Shown: piece by piece, positions 21,607-32,477 of the stretch | Layout of the letters: the number at the start of each line of letters is the position of its first letter | Numbering within the stretch: position 1 is the first letter of the stretch | Source: Macrostomum lignano | Taxonomy: Eukaryota | Assembly: GCA_002269645.1 (NCBI GenBank) | Contig: NIVC01001368.1 | Location: forward strand, 62,001-126,000 | Direction: 5' to 3' | DNA length: 64,000 bases | Notes under the pieces: generated by a model | Database searches by the model: none | Told to the model about the DNA's origin: nothing | The model's input: only the letters and a program-made list of their open reading frames with translations | Made by a program: the position numbers and the translations under genes

Positions 21607-23817
21607 CTATGCGCTGGCGGCCAGCGAGCCGACGAGGCTCTGCTTGGCAGAGGCGGCCGGCGATTTGTCGTCACGCGGCCAGAGGCCCTCCAGGCAGGCG
21701 GCCAGGCAGCGGCGCTGCTCTTCTCCGGCCGATTCGCCAACGGCTGCTAGCGCTTGTCCCAAGGCGCGCCAAAATGGCGCCGTGCGCGCCAATTCGCATG
21801 GCCGGCGTCGGTTGCGCAAGCGCTCGCACTTGATGAGGCCGCACTCGGTGAGCACAGCCTGCACCCAGCCTCCGGGGGCCGACGACTCCGACTTCATCGC
21901 TGCCTGCAGCAAGCCGGCGGCGGCTGACTCCGCGGGGGCCGAGTCGGACTGCTGGCTCAGCGCCAGAGCGCCGGCCACCAGGCGCTGGCAGCGGTCGGGC
22001 ATGTCAGGCGCCGACAGAGCAGCGCGGAGCACACGGGGCCCGGGTTCTGGACCGAGTGAGGCCAGGCCATCCTCGCCAAGCTTGAAGGTGGCCGGCGAGG
22101 TCAGCAGGCGGTCCACCAGTGAGGCCGCTGCCGAGGACTCGCCGTCGGAGCGACCACCTCCAGCAGACAGGCGGCCTGGCCGAAGCAGCGGCTGGCCGAC
22201 CTCCGAGCCCGCCGGCTTCTCTGCAGCGGGGGTGACCGCCGCAGCCGCCTTGAAGCTGAAGGCCACAACGCCGCCGCCAGAGCCGGCAGGAGCAGCAGGC
22301 TTAGAAGAGGCGGAGCCGCCGCCGAAGAGGCTGCAGCCGGAGAGACCCAGCTCCGGCACGTTGTCGAACAGGCTGCGATTCCCCGCGCCGCCGCCGCCGA
22401 TGGACAGCCCAGCTGTGGCGGCCTCGACTTCGTCCTCTTCCGCGCCCCTGTCGCCGCCATCGCCCTCCTCCTCTTCGGCCTCCTCGTCGTCTTCGTCACC
22501 CTCCTCGCCGTCGTCCTCGCCCTCGTCGTCGGAAAATGAGGCGAGCTCGGCGCTGCCAGAGGCGCTGACGTGCTGGCGGATGAGCTCGATGCCCTCCGGC
22601 CCGATGGCGTTGGCGTTCAGGTCCAGCAGGCGGAGACTCGGCTTGCCGGCGGCGGCCGCTGCGACGGCCAGGGCGGCATCTCGGTTGATCTCGTTGCCGC
22701 TGATGATTAGACTCCGGAGGCTGGGACACAGCGCCTCATCCAGGGCGTCCGCAATGGCCTGCGGTTGTTTGTAAAGAGAGTTGGTGGTCGTTCGTTTCTT
22801 TGTGAGAAAAGCTACTGCTGAGTAAAATGATGGGAGAATTTCTGAGGTTTTGATAGACTTATCGAGAGTTTGAATTGGGTTAAAAAATGCCAGCATCACC
22901 TGAGCCCCATCGCTGAGTAGCAGGCAGTCGGCCAAGTTGAGCTCGGTGAGTTTGGGCAGCTTGCGCAGAGCATCGGCCAGCAGCTGAGCTCCATCCGGCT
23001 TGATGCTGTTGTCGGAAAGGTTCAGGCAGCGCAGGTGGGGGTTGGCAGCCACAATGGCGGCGAGCTGCTGGGCGCCCTCGGGCCCGTGAATGCCGATGCC
23101 GTCCTGGTACAGCTCCAGCTTGCGCAGGCTGGCCATGCGGCTCAGCGGTCCCGCCAGCATGTCGACGCCCGCGTTCTCCAGCCGGTTCCGGCCGGCCGAG
23201 AACTCCCGCAGCCGCAGCGGCCGGCCAGCCGCTTCGCTGGCGTCGATGCCGCGACTGAGGGCGTCGGAGAGCAGGCGGCAGCCCTGGTGCCCGAGGCCCT
23301 CGTTGTTCATCCGCAGCACGCGGAGGGAGAAGCAGGCGGGCGAGGCCAGCAGGTCGGTAACGCCTACAACTCCGTTGGGGCCGAAGGCGATGTCGCAGAG
23401 GTCGATCTCGGTGAGGCGAGCCCCGGAGTCGGGCAGGGCCAGCTGGCGGGTCATTGCGTTGAGAGCCGGCCCGATCTCGGTCTTGAGCCGCCCGGTGAAC
23501 GTGTCCTTCCACAGCAGACGGCGCAGGCTGCACGAATGCCGCGCCAGCGCCAGCCCGATGGCCTCGGCGGCCGCCACGCCAATGGTGTTGCCGGAGAGGT
23601 CCAGCGCAGCCACGTCCGGCTCGCCCGCGCCCAGCGCTTCCGTCACTTCGGTGGCAGCCTCGGCCGAGTCCAGCTTCAGGCCGCGGTCGGCAAAGCTCAG
23701 CAGGCGGCCATCTGAGGCGGCGGCGTCCTCGGCGTCGGAAGAGTCGGCAGTGGCCAGTTTAGTATGGGAGAGACCTTCGGCCAGGCTGGCCACGGGGTCC
23801 GAATCGGCAGCAGACAT
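21607..23817 (-). CDS. RANGAP1: Ran GTPase-activating protein 1; exons 23817-22900 and 22758-21607 (~689 aa)
   Basis: LRR repeats with DTFTGRLKTEI, AFGPNG and AGRNRLEN signatures, an acidic stretch (DDEGEDDGEEGDEDDEE), and a C-terminal domain with GLIKCE (SUMO consensus, cf. GLLKSE). Donor CAG|GTGATG and acceptor CCGCAG|GCC. Confidence 0.93.
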   Translation of the reverse strand: MSAADSDPVASLAEGLSHTKLATADSSDAEDAAASDGRLLSFADRGLKLDSAEAATEVTEALGAGEPDVAALDLSGNTIGVAAAEAIGLALARHSCSLRRLLWKDTFTGRLKTEIGPALNAMTRQLALPDSGARLTEIDLCDIAFGPNGVVGVTDLLASPACFSLRVLRMNNEGLGHQGCRLLSDALSRGIDASEAAGRPLRLREFSAGRNRLENAGVDMLAGPLSRMASLRKLELYQDGIGIHGPEGAQQLAAIVAANPHLRCLNLSDNSIKPDGAQLLADALRKLPKLTELNLADCLLLSDGAQVMLAFFNPIQTLDKSIKTSEILPSFYSAVAFLTKKRTTTNSLYKQPQAIADALDEALCPSLRSLIISGNEINRDAALAVAAAAAGKPSLRLLDLNANAIGPEGIELIRQHVSASGSAELASFSDDEGEDDGEEGDEDDEEAEEEEGDGGDRGAEEDEVEAATAGLSIGGGGAGNRSLFDNVPELGLSGCSLFGGGSASSKPAAPAGSGGGVVAFSFKAAAAVTPAAEKPAGSEVGQPLLRPGRLSAGGGRSDGESSAAASLVDRLLTSPATFKLGEDGLASLGPEPGPRVLRAALSAPDMPDRCQRLVAGALALSQQSDSAPAESAAAGLLQAAMKSESSAPGGWVQAVLTECGLIKCERLRNRRRPCELARTAPFWRALGQALAAVGESAGEEQRRCLAACLEGLWPRDDKSPAASAKQSLVGSLAASA

Positions 23818-23880
23818 GAATTGGCTGAGGGCAGGCGGGATTATAGAGAATAGCATTGGGTCATCCAGCTGCAGGCACTG

Positions 23881-24481
23881 ACTGATAACACGGGAGCCGA
23901 TAACATCGGGGAACTGATAACACGGGGAACTGATAACATCGGGGAACTGATAACACGGGGAAGTGATAACACGGGGAACTGATAACACGGGGAACAGATA
24001 ACACGGGGATCTGATGACATGGGGAACTGATAACACGGGGAACTGATAACACGGGGAACTGATAACACGGGGATCTGATGACATGGGGAACTGATAACAC
24101 GGGGAACTGATAACACGGGGAACTGATAACACGGGGATCTGATGACATGGGGAACTGATAACACGGGGAACTGATAACACGGGGAACTGATAACACGGAG
24201 AACAGATAACATCGGGGAACTGATAACACGGGGAACTGATAACACGGGGAACTGATAACACGGGGAACTGATAACACGGGGAACTGATAACATCGGGTAA
24301 CTGATAACACGGGGAACTGATAACATCGGGTAACTGTTAACACGGGGATCTGATGACATGGGGAACTGATAACATCGGGTAAACTGATAACACGGGGAAC
24401 TGATAACACGGGGAACTGCTAATACGGGGAACTGCTAACACGGGGATCTGATAACACGGGGAACTGCTAACACGGGGAACC
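23881..24481 (+). repeat. 16-bp minisatellite (GATAACACGGGGAACT)n upstream of RANGAP1
   Basis: Tandem array; it explains the repetitive N-terminal extension of ORF 21607-24261. Confidence 0.95.
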
Positions 24482-25163
24482 CGATGCCAGAGTGCTTGCA
24501 AGGGAGGTAGAGAGAAAGTGGAAAGAATTTCAATTTTGAAGCACCATTGAGCCATGAAGTAGTGCTTACATTGGAAGCTAAAGTGAGGGAGGAACCAATC
24601 GTTGCCAAGCCATATAAAGAAAAATAAAGCGAGTACACCCGTGCAAATGCTAGCAAAGTCAGTCAGCGACAATGGCTTAAGTGCGTGTATTTGGCCAGAA
24701 TGCGAGTTAAAAAGTGGCCTATTTACAAGCGTCTGCGACCATGGTAACAGTCTTTACAAAACTTGCATTTCCGGCAGGCCAGAAAAAGTTGCAGCAGCTC
24801 TGCTTGAAATAAAAAAGAGAATTTCAGTAAAAGCAGTTAAATGATGAGATGCCAACTGAAGCACAGAAAATCGTAACTAAAGAAACCAAAGTGAATAAAT
24901 GTGGATTAGCAGTGTGGAAACATACAGTCAGTGCTGTTCACGCGATATGCCATTTAAGTAAAAGCCGGCTATAAAAATCAATATCTACAGTAAAAACAGC
25001 AGATGAAACAAACAATGGACAGAGAGCGAATCGGAGAAACCTGAACCAGCCGAGATAATCTCGGATTAAGTGGCTCATCAACAGCGGCGGTGCGAGATGA
25101 TTGGCTAAGAGAGACAGGCAGGGGGAATCATGCTACAGTGTGGCGAGGAAACTCAACATTTAC

Positions 25164-25749
25164 AACTGATCAGTCTAAGCGGGTCTCCATGCGAGCTCAA
25201 GAAGATAACTGAGCCAGTCTAAGCTGGTCTCAATGCGAGCTCAGAAAGCTAACTGATCAGTCTAAGCGGGTCTCAATGCGAGCTCAAGAAGATAACTGAG
25301 CCAGTCTAAGCGGGTCTCAATGCGAGCTCAAGAAGATAACTGAGCCAGTCTAAGCTGGTCTCAATGCGAGCTCAAGAAGATAACTGAGCCAGTCTAAGCT
25401 GGTCTCAATGCGAGCTCAAGAAGATAACTGAGCCAGTCTAAGCTGGTCTCAATGCGAGCTCAAGAAGATAACTGAGCCAGTCTAAGCGGGTCTCAATGCG
25501 AGCTCAAGAAGATAACTGAGCCAGTCTAAGCGGGTCTCAATGCGAGCTCAAGAAGATAACTGAGCCAGTCTAAGCGGGTCTCAATGCGAGCTCAAGAAGA
25601 TAACTGAGCCAGTCTAAGCTGGTCTCAATGCGAGCTCAAGAAGATAACTGAGCCAGTCTAAGCGGGTCTCAATGCGAGCTCAAGAAGATAACTGAGCCAG
25701 TCTAAGCGGGTCTCAATGCGAGCTCAAGAAGATAACTGAGCCAGTCTAA
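25164..25749 (+). repeat. 44-bp minisatellite, ~13 copies
   Basis: Unit CAGTCTAAGCGGGTCTCAATGCGAGCTCAAGAAGATAACTGAGC, starting just after the stop of ORF 25757-26689. Confidence 0.95.
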
Positions 25750-25756
25750 GAGGGGA

Positions 25757-26689
25757 TCAGACGGCAAGGCGCCGGCTGCGCCTCGGCTCCGACTGGAGAC
25801 TCGCCTCAGAAGGCCGCTGCGGCTCCTCGCGTTCATCGCAGTCGGAGTGACTGACAGCGGCAGCGGCGGTGGCGGCCGCCGCTCGCAGCGTTGCGAGAGC
25901 CCGACGTTTGGCTCTGGTTGCAGCGGCCACCTGCTGATGCTGGTGCAGCAGTTGGCTGTCGCTGTGCCTGCCGAATTCAAGGCAGTCAGCAGCACCATTA
26001 ACAGTTTTGGACTGCTCGCGCGGTTGCGGAGATGACCGGCACTGCTGCAGCGGTCCGGGCGTCTCCGGGTCAGAGGCCAAGGGGCTCGGCCTCGGTGCAT
26101 GCGGCACCGACAGCTGCTGGAGAGTCGGTCGATTCTTCATTCTACGAAGGCTTGGTGGCAAGGCGAGCCAGCGTAGGCGAGCGGGCACGGCGGCGGAGGC
26201 GGCTACAGCTGTGGCCCGATAGCAGCAGAGGAAGTCGAGGAAGGCCACGGTGGAGACGGGCCGGCCGGTGTGGGGGTCCAAGCGGAGCTCCGGCGGTGGC
26301 GGCTGCGAGCAGTGCTGGCGCGTCGCGCATTTTGGCGCCGCTGGCGCAGCAATCGAAGTGGCCCGCAACGCCACGGAGGCGGCTGGTGGATCGGCGGCTG
26401 GTGTAGGAGCAGCAGGGGTGGCGTTGGCGTCGGCGGCCATCGAGCGCTCCACGGTGCGGCGGCTCACTGGCCGGCCGTCGCGGAGGCTGAGGATGAGCGC
26501 CTTGCGCAGCTGCGCCTCCTCGCGCCACGGCAGGCCGAGAAAGTCGCCGCATGGTGCCGGCCGGCTGGGCGCTCCGGCGGGCGGGCCGCTGTGGGACCGC
26601 AGCTGGCGATGCCGCAGCTGCTGGCCGGGGCGGCGCTTCTGCTGCTTTTTCTTTTTTTGACGCGCCCCAGCCTGCAACAACGAGCGCAT
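25757..26689 (-). CDS. JARID2: JARID2 N-terminus-like protein (UIM + SUZ12-binding motif), 310 aa, no JmjC/ARID visible
   Basis: LGLPWREEAQLRKALILSL matches the JARID2 UIM (DGIPWSEERVVRKVLYLSL), and RPVSTVAFLDFLCCYR matches JARID2 KPKTEDFLTFLCLR, in the same order. GC3-rich codons; CATTTCAG acceptor ~30 nt upstream of the ATG. Confidence 0.62.
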   Translation of the reverse strand: MRSLLQAGARQKKKKQQKRRPGQQLRHRQLRSHSGPPAGAPSRPAPCGDFLGLPWREEAQLRKALILSLRDGRPVSRRTVERSMAADANATPAAPTPAADPPAASVALRATSIAAPAAPKCATRQHCSQPPPPELRLDPHTGRPVSTVAFLDFLCCYRATAVAASAAVPARLRWLALPPSLRRMKNRPTLQQLSVPHAPRPSPLASDPETPGPLQQCRSSPQPREQSKTVNGAADCLEFGRHSDSQLLHQHQQVAAATRAKRRALATLRAAAATAAAAVSHSDCDEREEPQRPSEASLQSEPRRSRRLAV

Positions 26690-26735
26690 CGAATTAGTGA
26701 TGCGGGAAAACTGTACTGAAATGTGCTACCATGCG

Positions 26736-27092
26736 GCATCCTAATGCTACAGGACCTGCATCCTAATGCTATAGGATCTGCATCCTAATGCTACAGGACC
26801 TGCATCCTAATGCTACAGGACCTGCATCCTAATGCTACAGAACCTGCATCCTAATGCTACAGGACCTCTATCCTAATGCTACAGGACCTGCATCCTAATG
26901 CTACAGGACCTGCATCCTAATGCTACAGGACCGGCATCCTAATGCTACAGGACCTGCATCCTAATGCTACAGGACCTCTATCCTAATGCTACAGGACCTG
27001 CATCCTAATGCTACAGGACCTGCATCCTAATGCTACAGGACCGGCATCCTAATGCTACAGGACCTGCATCCTAATGCTATAGGATCTGCATT
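26736..27092 (+). repeat. 22-bp minisatellite (GCATCCTAATGCTACAGGACCT)n, ~16 copies
   Basis: Tandem array just upstream of the JARID2-like ATG. Confidence 0.95.
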
Positions 27093-27698
27093 AGAGATAC
27101 TATAGCCCTTGAATTAAAACTAGACTACATGCTAGTATTCCCAATAAAGCTTAAGGCATAAAGTGCATCACAACCCAGGCACATCAGGTGCATAACATTA
27201 GTCAGTTGTGCAAGTATTATTAGAAAACTGAATTACGAGCTAAATTGCGCAATACATTTATTTCTACTGATTTTTGCTGTCAAAAACGAAACGGACAGAG
27301 TGAAATTTTTAGATATTAAACCGCTAAGCTGGAATTAATTTTCACGATGGCCTTATAAGATTGCAAATTGTGGCATCCCGCATGCTAGACTAGAAAAAGC
27401 GCTAAGCGCATAATGGCGGATAAATATAGAAATATTGAAATTATGCAAGGAAAATCAATTTAATAATTTTCTGTTGACCTAAGTTTGCAAAGTTAGCCAT
27501 GCAGTACAGGAAAACTGGCGTGTGAAGAAAACATAAAAAAATCAACAGAGACCAGAGACCAATGGATCCTAATTGAATTAGGAGACACTCAACAACTAAC
27601 GGGCGTTTGGCCACGTTTTAGCTGTCTTTTGGACTGACTTGGATTCACTTAGCAGTGAATAATGAGCTCACGTTCATTCACCGAGACGGCATGGCGAA

Positions 27699-28030
27699 GG
27701 GCTAGGGTTAGGGCTAGGGTTAGGGTTAGGGCTAGGGTTAGGGCTAGGGTTAGGGTTATAGGGTTAGGGTTAGGGTTATAGGGTTATAGGGTTAGGGTTA
27801 CAGGGTTGTAGGGTTAGGGTTAGGGTTAGGGTTAGGGTTAGGGTTAGGGTTAGGGTTAGGGCTAGGGTTAGGGTTAGGGTTATAGGGTTAGGGTTAGGGT
27901 TATAGGGTTGTAAGGTTAGGGTTAGGGTTAGGGCTAGGGTTAGGGTTAGGGTTAGGGTTAGGGCTAGGGTTAGGGTTAGGGCTAGGGTTAGGGCTAGGGC
28001 TAGGGTTAGGGCTAGGGTTAGGGTTAGGGT
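27699..28030 (+). repeat. Interstitial telomeric repeat (TTAGGG)n with CTAGGG/TTATAGGG variants
   Basis: ~330 bp of GGGTTA hexamers flanked by unique sequence on both sides. Confidence 0.95.
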
Positions 28031-28116
28031 CATAAGCCATCTAAATTATAGATATCGAAATCCAAGCCTTTGGTGGGAATCCTTTTTGTTGAGAACGGGG
28101 AAGTATCCCCTTTGGT

Positions 28117-28250
28117 AGAAATCCTCCCGTTAGAAAATCCTCAATGGTAGAAATCCTCCCGTTAGAAAATCCTCAATGGTAGAAATCCTCCCGTTAGAAA
28201 ATCCTCAATGGTAGAACTCCTCCAGCTGTTAGAAAATCCCTAATGGTAGG
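28117..28250 (+). repeat. ~32-bp tandem repeat (AGAAATCCTCCCGTTAGAAAATCCTCAATGGT), 3-4 copies
   Basis: Visible between the telomeric tract and the MIF stop. Confidence 0.8.
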
Positions 28251-28298
28251 AATCGGCACAGCACTCAAGCCAGCTGAATTAAGCCCAGCTGCTGCAGT

Positions 28299-28643
28299 TC
28301 AAAAGGTGCCGCCGTTCCAGCCCAGCTCGTGCCGCTGGCAGTCAATGAAGCGAATGTAGCAGCGGCTGGGCGGGATGCCTAGCCTGGTGCTGAAGAAATC
28401 CGCCAGCGCCTTGGAGATTTCACGGTTCAGGTTGGCGCTGAGGCCACCCAGCGACAGCAGAGTGGCGTGGCCGCAGGGGTCTTCCGTGCCGCCGAAGGCC
28501 ATCCGCTGGTCCGGGCTGATGTGCACACTGCAGTAGGAGTCCGGCTTGCCCAGCTTCTGAGCCAGCAGGTCGGTGAGGTCCCGCAGCAGCTGGCTGTCAA
28601 TTTGGCTGCCGGACACGTTGGTGCTCAGGGTGAGCTGCGGCAT
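28299..28643 (-). CDS. MIF: Macrophage migration inhibitory factor / tautomerase, 114 aa, intronless
   Basis: MPQLTLSTNV (catalytic Pro1), LGKPDSY, QRMAFGGTEDPC, SLGG, LGIPPSRCYIRF, LGWNGGTF*. Confidence 0.93.
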   Translation of the reverse strand: MPQLTLSTNVSGSQIDSQLLRDLTDLLAQKLGKPDSYCSVHISPDQRMAFGGTEDPCGHATLLSLGGLSANLNREISKALADFFSTRLGIPPSRCYIRFIDCQRHELGWNGGTF

Positions 28644-28899
28644 CGCTGCTGCGGGCGGGGAGGGGGCAAAGTCAGTTTGAGAGACGTCAATAGTAGTGAC
28701 TGGCCGCTGCCAGTTTGGAAAAGCAATCGCTGCCTTTCGCACCCGCTAGACTTCAGGCCAAGGGTCAGAGGGACGAGGAGCACAAGACACACCAACTCTA
28801 TTTGCAACTATTGAAATCCAGAAAGTGACAAACAAACGGATTCGTGTTGTAAAACAGAAACTTCCTATCTCGACAATGCGTTCCAAGCCTTTTATTTAG

Positions 28900-29257
28900 A
28901 GGTCGATTTTCTTATTATACCTGTCTGAATGGGCAGATGTGCAACCGACAGCTCAGCCGCAGCTATTGCGCGGCGCATCTGAAGGCTGCGTGCGGCTGTT
29001 CAGTCCAAGGACGGGGGGGTGGCCACACACCCTCGATAACCCCAGCTAATGCTTGCACCCATTTTACAACTGAAGCAATGGTAGATTGTATACGAGCTAT
29101 ATATGGTATGCCTATGACAAAACCATATGCACAAACACATTGTCTCATTAATGTATTCTTAGTAGCCTTAAGGACACAAATTGTTCCAGCGGGATCGGAA
29201 ATCGAACCCCCGACCTTTAACTCGTGAGTCCGACGCTCTAACCACTAGGCTACAACC
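28900..29257 (-). mobile_element. tRNA-derived SINE
   Basis: Minus strand: A-box TAGCCTAGTGGTTAG, B-box GGTTCGATTTCC, an imperfect anticodon stem, then SINE-body-like TTTGTGTCCTTAAGGC and GTAAAATGGGT. The 3' boundary is approximate. Confidence 0.62.
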
Positions 29258-30149
29258 TACTATCTATTTCAGAATAGGAGACAGATATTGTTGTCAATCT
29301 AGACTTCCAGAAGTGATGACTGTCTCCACGAGCTAGAACACACTGAAAACGAACGGATCGCACTGGGAGGCAAGGCTGGATAAGCTAACTTATTGCATAT
29401 CCCACTGAAAAGATCGAACTTCAAGCAAATGCTTTATTAATCCAACAAGGGTGGGAAGTGCAGTCACTCTGGCAGCTGGCCGGCTCAGTGCGCTGCACAT
29501 GCTATTTATTTATTTTGCATTTAGCTTAAACAGGGCAATTATCACTCAACCATTCAGCATTCTCGATTGCCTCACCATCAGATGGACAAAGAAAAGCAAA
29601 TTGCCGGTCTGAATATGCAGGGAATATTGAAGAAGACGGCTTCAGAGAGGGGAAATTAGTAAACAAACGAGAAACGCACACATTTAGCCGAATATGAGCT
29701 GTCAAGTAGGTGTTGCAGAAGTACATTTAGCTATTATAAAAAACAACGGTAAGCACAGATTAAGGTAAAAAGAAGTCGGGTGGCAGAAGCGACAGGCTTG
29801 CACTAAGGGGCTGTAGTATTTTGTAAAAAAAACATTTTGAGAAGGAAACGCGCTTTCAGTAAACAGTGCTCAAGAGACGGCTTCTTTTGCGAAGGGACAC
29901 AGGTTTGAGAACCATCCGATGACCAATCAACGGCCTCGCTACAAGTCAGGCAAAACACCCTAAGAAGTCGAGCTGTCAGCTAATGAAGCAATAAATCAGC
30001 TTGCGCTGCCTCAGAAATATTGCTAACTATTGTGGAACATTTGCCAAACTTATAGCCAAAACTCCTTTGTAGTCACTCTCGTCTGCTGTCACTCCAGCTC
30101 GGTCACTCCAGCCCGGTCACTCCAGCCCGGTGCGGTCACTCCAGCCCGG

Positions 30150-32477
30150 TCACTCGCCCTTAAGGGAGGACAGGCCAGCGCGAAGGATCTCGTCAACCAG
30201 CAGCAGGTTGGCGGCGATGACAGACACGGAGTTCACAATCTGCTTCTTCACGCAGTGGTTGTCAAGGACACCGGCATCGGCTGGCAGGCAGGCCTCCCCA
30301 GTGGCCAGATCCAGGCCCACGGCCGCGCCGCCGCTGCGCTGGCTCTCCTCCAGCAGCTTCACCATCACCTGGAGAGTTTGGGATATTAATTACAGGCTCT
30401 GAAATACCTCAGACTGAAGAACCGGGAGTAGCGGAGCTCACTGAAGGCTGGGGGTAGCGGAGCTCACTGAAGGACTGGGGATAAGAGGGCTCACTGAAGG
30501 ACTGGGTGCAGTAGCACCCACTAAAGGCCTGGGTGAGGCAAGCCACATAACAGTTGCGATACCCAGGGAAAGGCACATCAGTTACAGCATACAAACCTCC
30601 TGCGAATCGTGGCCAGCGTTAGAAGCCAGGACCTTAGGCAGCACCAGCAGGGCATCAGCGAATGTCTGGACGCCCAGGCGGGCCCGACCAGCCACGGATT
30701 CAGCAGCGCGCGTCAGGCTGCGACTGGCGGCCACTTCAAAGGCGCCAGCGCCGGGCACAGCGCAACCATCGTTGATGGCGTTGCGGACTGCCTTCAAACC
30801 GTCATTGACGGCGTCTTTGATCTGCGTCAGCGTGTACTTGTTGGGGCCGCGGATCAGCAGAGTAACGGACTGGGGCCGCTTGCACTCCTCAATGAAGGTG
30901 TACTTCTCCTCACCGAGGGTGTACTCGTATACCAGGCCGGCTTCGCCCAGACAGTCCGGAGCGAGGTCGTCCACCTGTGGAGTTTCAAGTCCAGAGTAAA
31001 AAGTGTGAATAAACTACCTGAAATCTTGACATCATTGCCACGTGACATCGCTGTCACCTGACAATTGAATTCGCGCCAGACACTAAACTTGGCGACTCTA
31101 TGCTAGATGGCTGCAACACTCGCATGATGAGCATTGGTGCACTTTCAGTTTGAAAAAAACAAATGCACGGGAGGACGCGAGCTCACAGAGTTGACAGCGT
31201 AGCCGCCGCAGGCTAGCGCGATGCGCTCCATGTTGCGGCGCTTGGCGCGGCGCAGCGAAGGAATGCCAGCCTTGGCCAGCAGGTCCAGCGAGTAGGGGTC
31301 CACGCCCTTCTGGTTGATAAGCACGAAGGCCCGGCCGGCGTTGGCACCGGAGCAGACGGACTCCTTGAATGCGATGATCCGCTGCACTCGCTGAGTGATG
31401 AATTCCCGCTCGGCCAGCACCAGCTTCTCGCGCTCCGCGGCCGACTTGTAGAAAAAGCCGGAGTTCACCTCGGTCTTCTCGTACTCCAGAGACACGTTGG
31501 CCACCAGGATGAAGGCGTTCTCAACGCGCTTCGGCATGTCCGGGTGGCGCACGCCGTGGTCCAGCACCAGGCCGCGGACCAGCTTGCTGTCCATGTCGGT
31601 CTTGTGCATCATCTGCATGATCTCAACGCGGTTCAGGTCCAGCTCAGCGCCCTCCTGCCGGATGGCCAGCACGGCGTCCGTCACGGCTTCCGTGAGTAGC
31701 TCGGCCAGGGCGGCGTGCACCTGCGTAGTGGGGGATCGGGATAATGGAGAGTGGGATGAGAGGGAAAGTTAATCTCGAGAGAGAGGGAGAACGCGCCTGC
31801 AATTGAAATCAAGAATTGAATCAAAGCCAGTAAGACTGCCAGGAGGGGCACTTGAAACCCCGAAAGCAATTAACTAAATTCCAAGCAAAATTCCATCTAA
31901 TTTTGCTGAGTTTCAGGCTGCTAAGAGGGGAATTGGTTTGGCATGTCTGCTGCAAAGCCGCATCAAGTCTCTTTTGAAACTAAGTAATGAGGCGCACCTT
32001 GGTCTTGAGCGACGTCCTGGCCACGCTGAGCAGCAGGTCCCGGTCAGCCGGGGTCACGGGGATCTTGATCTGCTCCAGCACTGCCAGCGCCTTCTCCTTT
32101 GCAATCTCGAAGCCTTCAGTGAGATGGCGCGGGTGCAGACCCTCAGCCACGTGATCCTCGGACAGCTTGAGCAGCTCGCCGATGAGTAGCACGGTGGAGG
32201 TGGTGCCGTCCCCGGTCATGTCGTCCTGGGCGGTGGCGACCCTGGCGATGAGAGAGGCGGTGGGATGCTGGATTTGCATCTCGTTGAGCAGCACGCAGCC
32301 GTCCTTGGTGAGCTTGATGTCGCCGGCACCGGAGACGAGCATCTTGAGGGTGCCCTTGGGGCCCAGGTTACTCTTAAGGACGTCCTGTAGACCGCGGGAG
32401 GCGGTGATGTTGATGGCGAGGGCTTGCTGAGCTCTGGCGAACTCGGCCTTGCTGTTGAGCACGGAGATGGCGGACAT
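30150..32477 (-). CDS. CCT6: T-complex protein 1 subunit zeta; exons 32477-31998, 31720-31187, 30974-30597, 30368-30150 (536 aa)
   Basis: [88 protein letters not shown]; all introns are phase-0 GT-AG. Confidence 0.96.

Noticed and set aside
21609-23881. Multiple plus-strand ORFs overlapping RANGAP1 (and similar ones over KAT6, CCT6 and the Rabs)
   Set aside because: Antisense shadows of GC3-rich coding sequence with no independent motifs.
23818-24261. N-terminal extension of the 884-aa RANGAP1 ORF
   Set aside because: Translation of the 16-bp minisatellite; RanGAP similarity starts at MSAADS (23817), just after a CAG acceptor.
27776-28033. 85-aa Thr/Leu ORF
   Set aside because: Translation of the telomeric repeat.
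29185-29257. Functional tRNA gene
   Set aside because: A and B boxes are present, but acceptor and anticodon stems do not pair properly and a SINE-like body follows.
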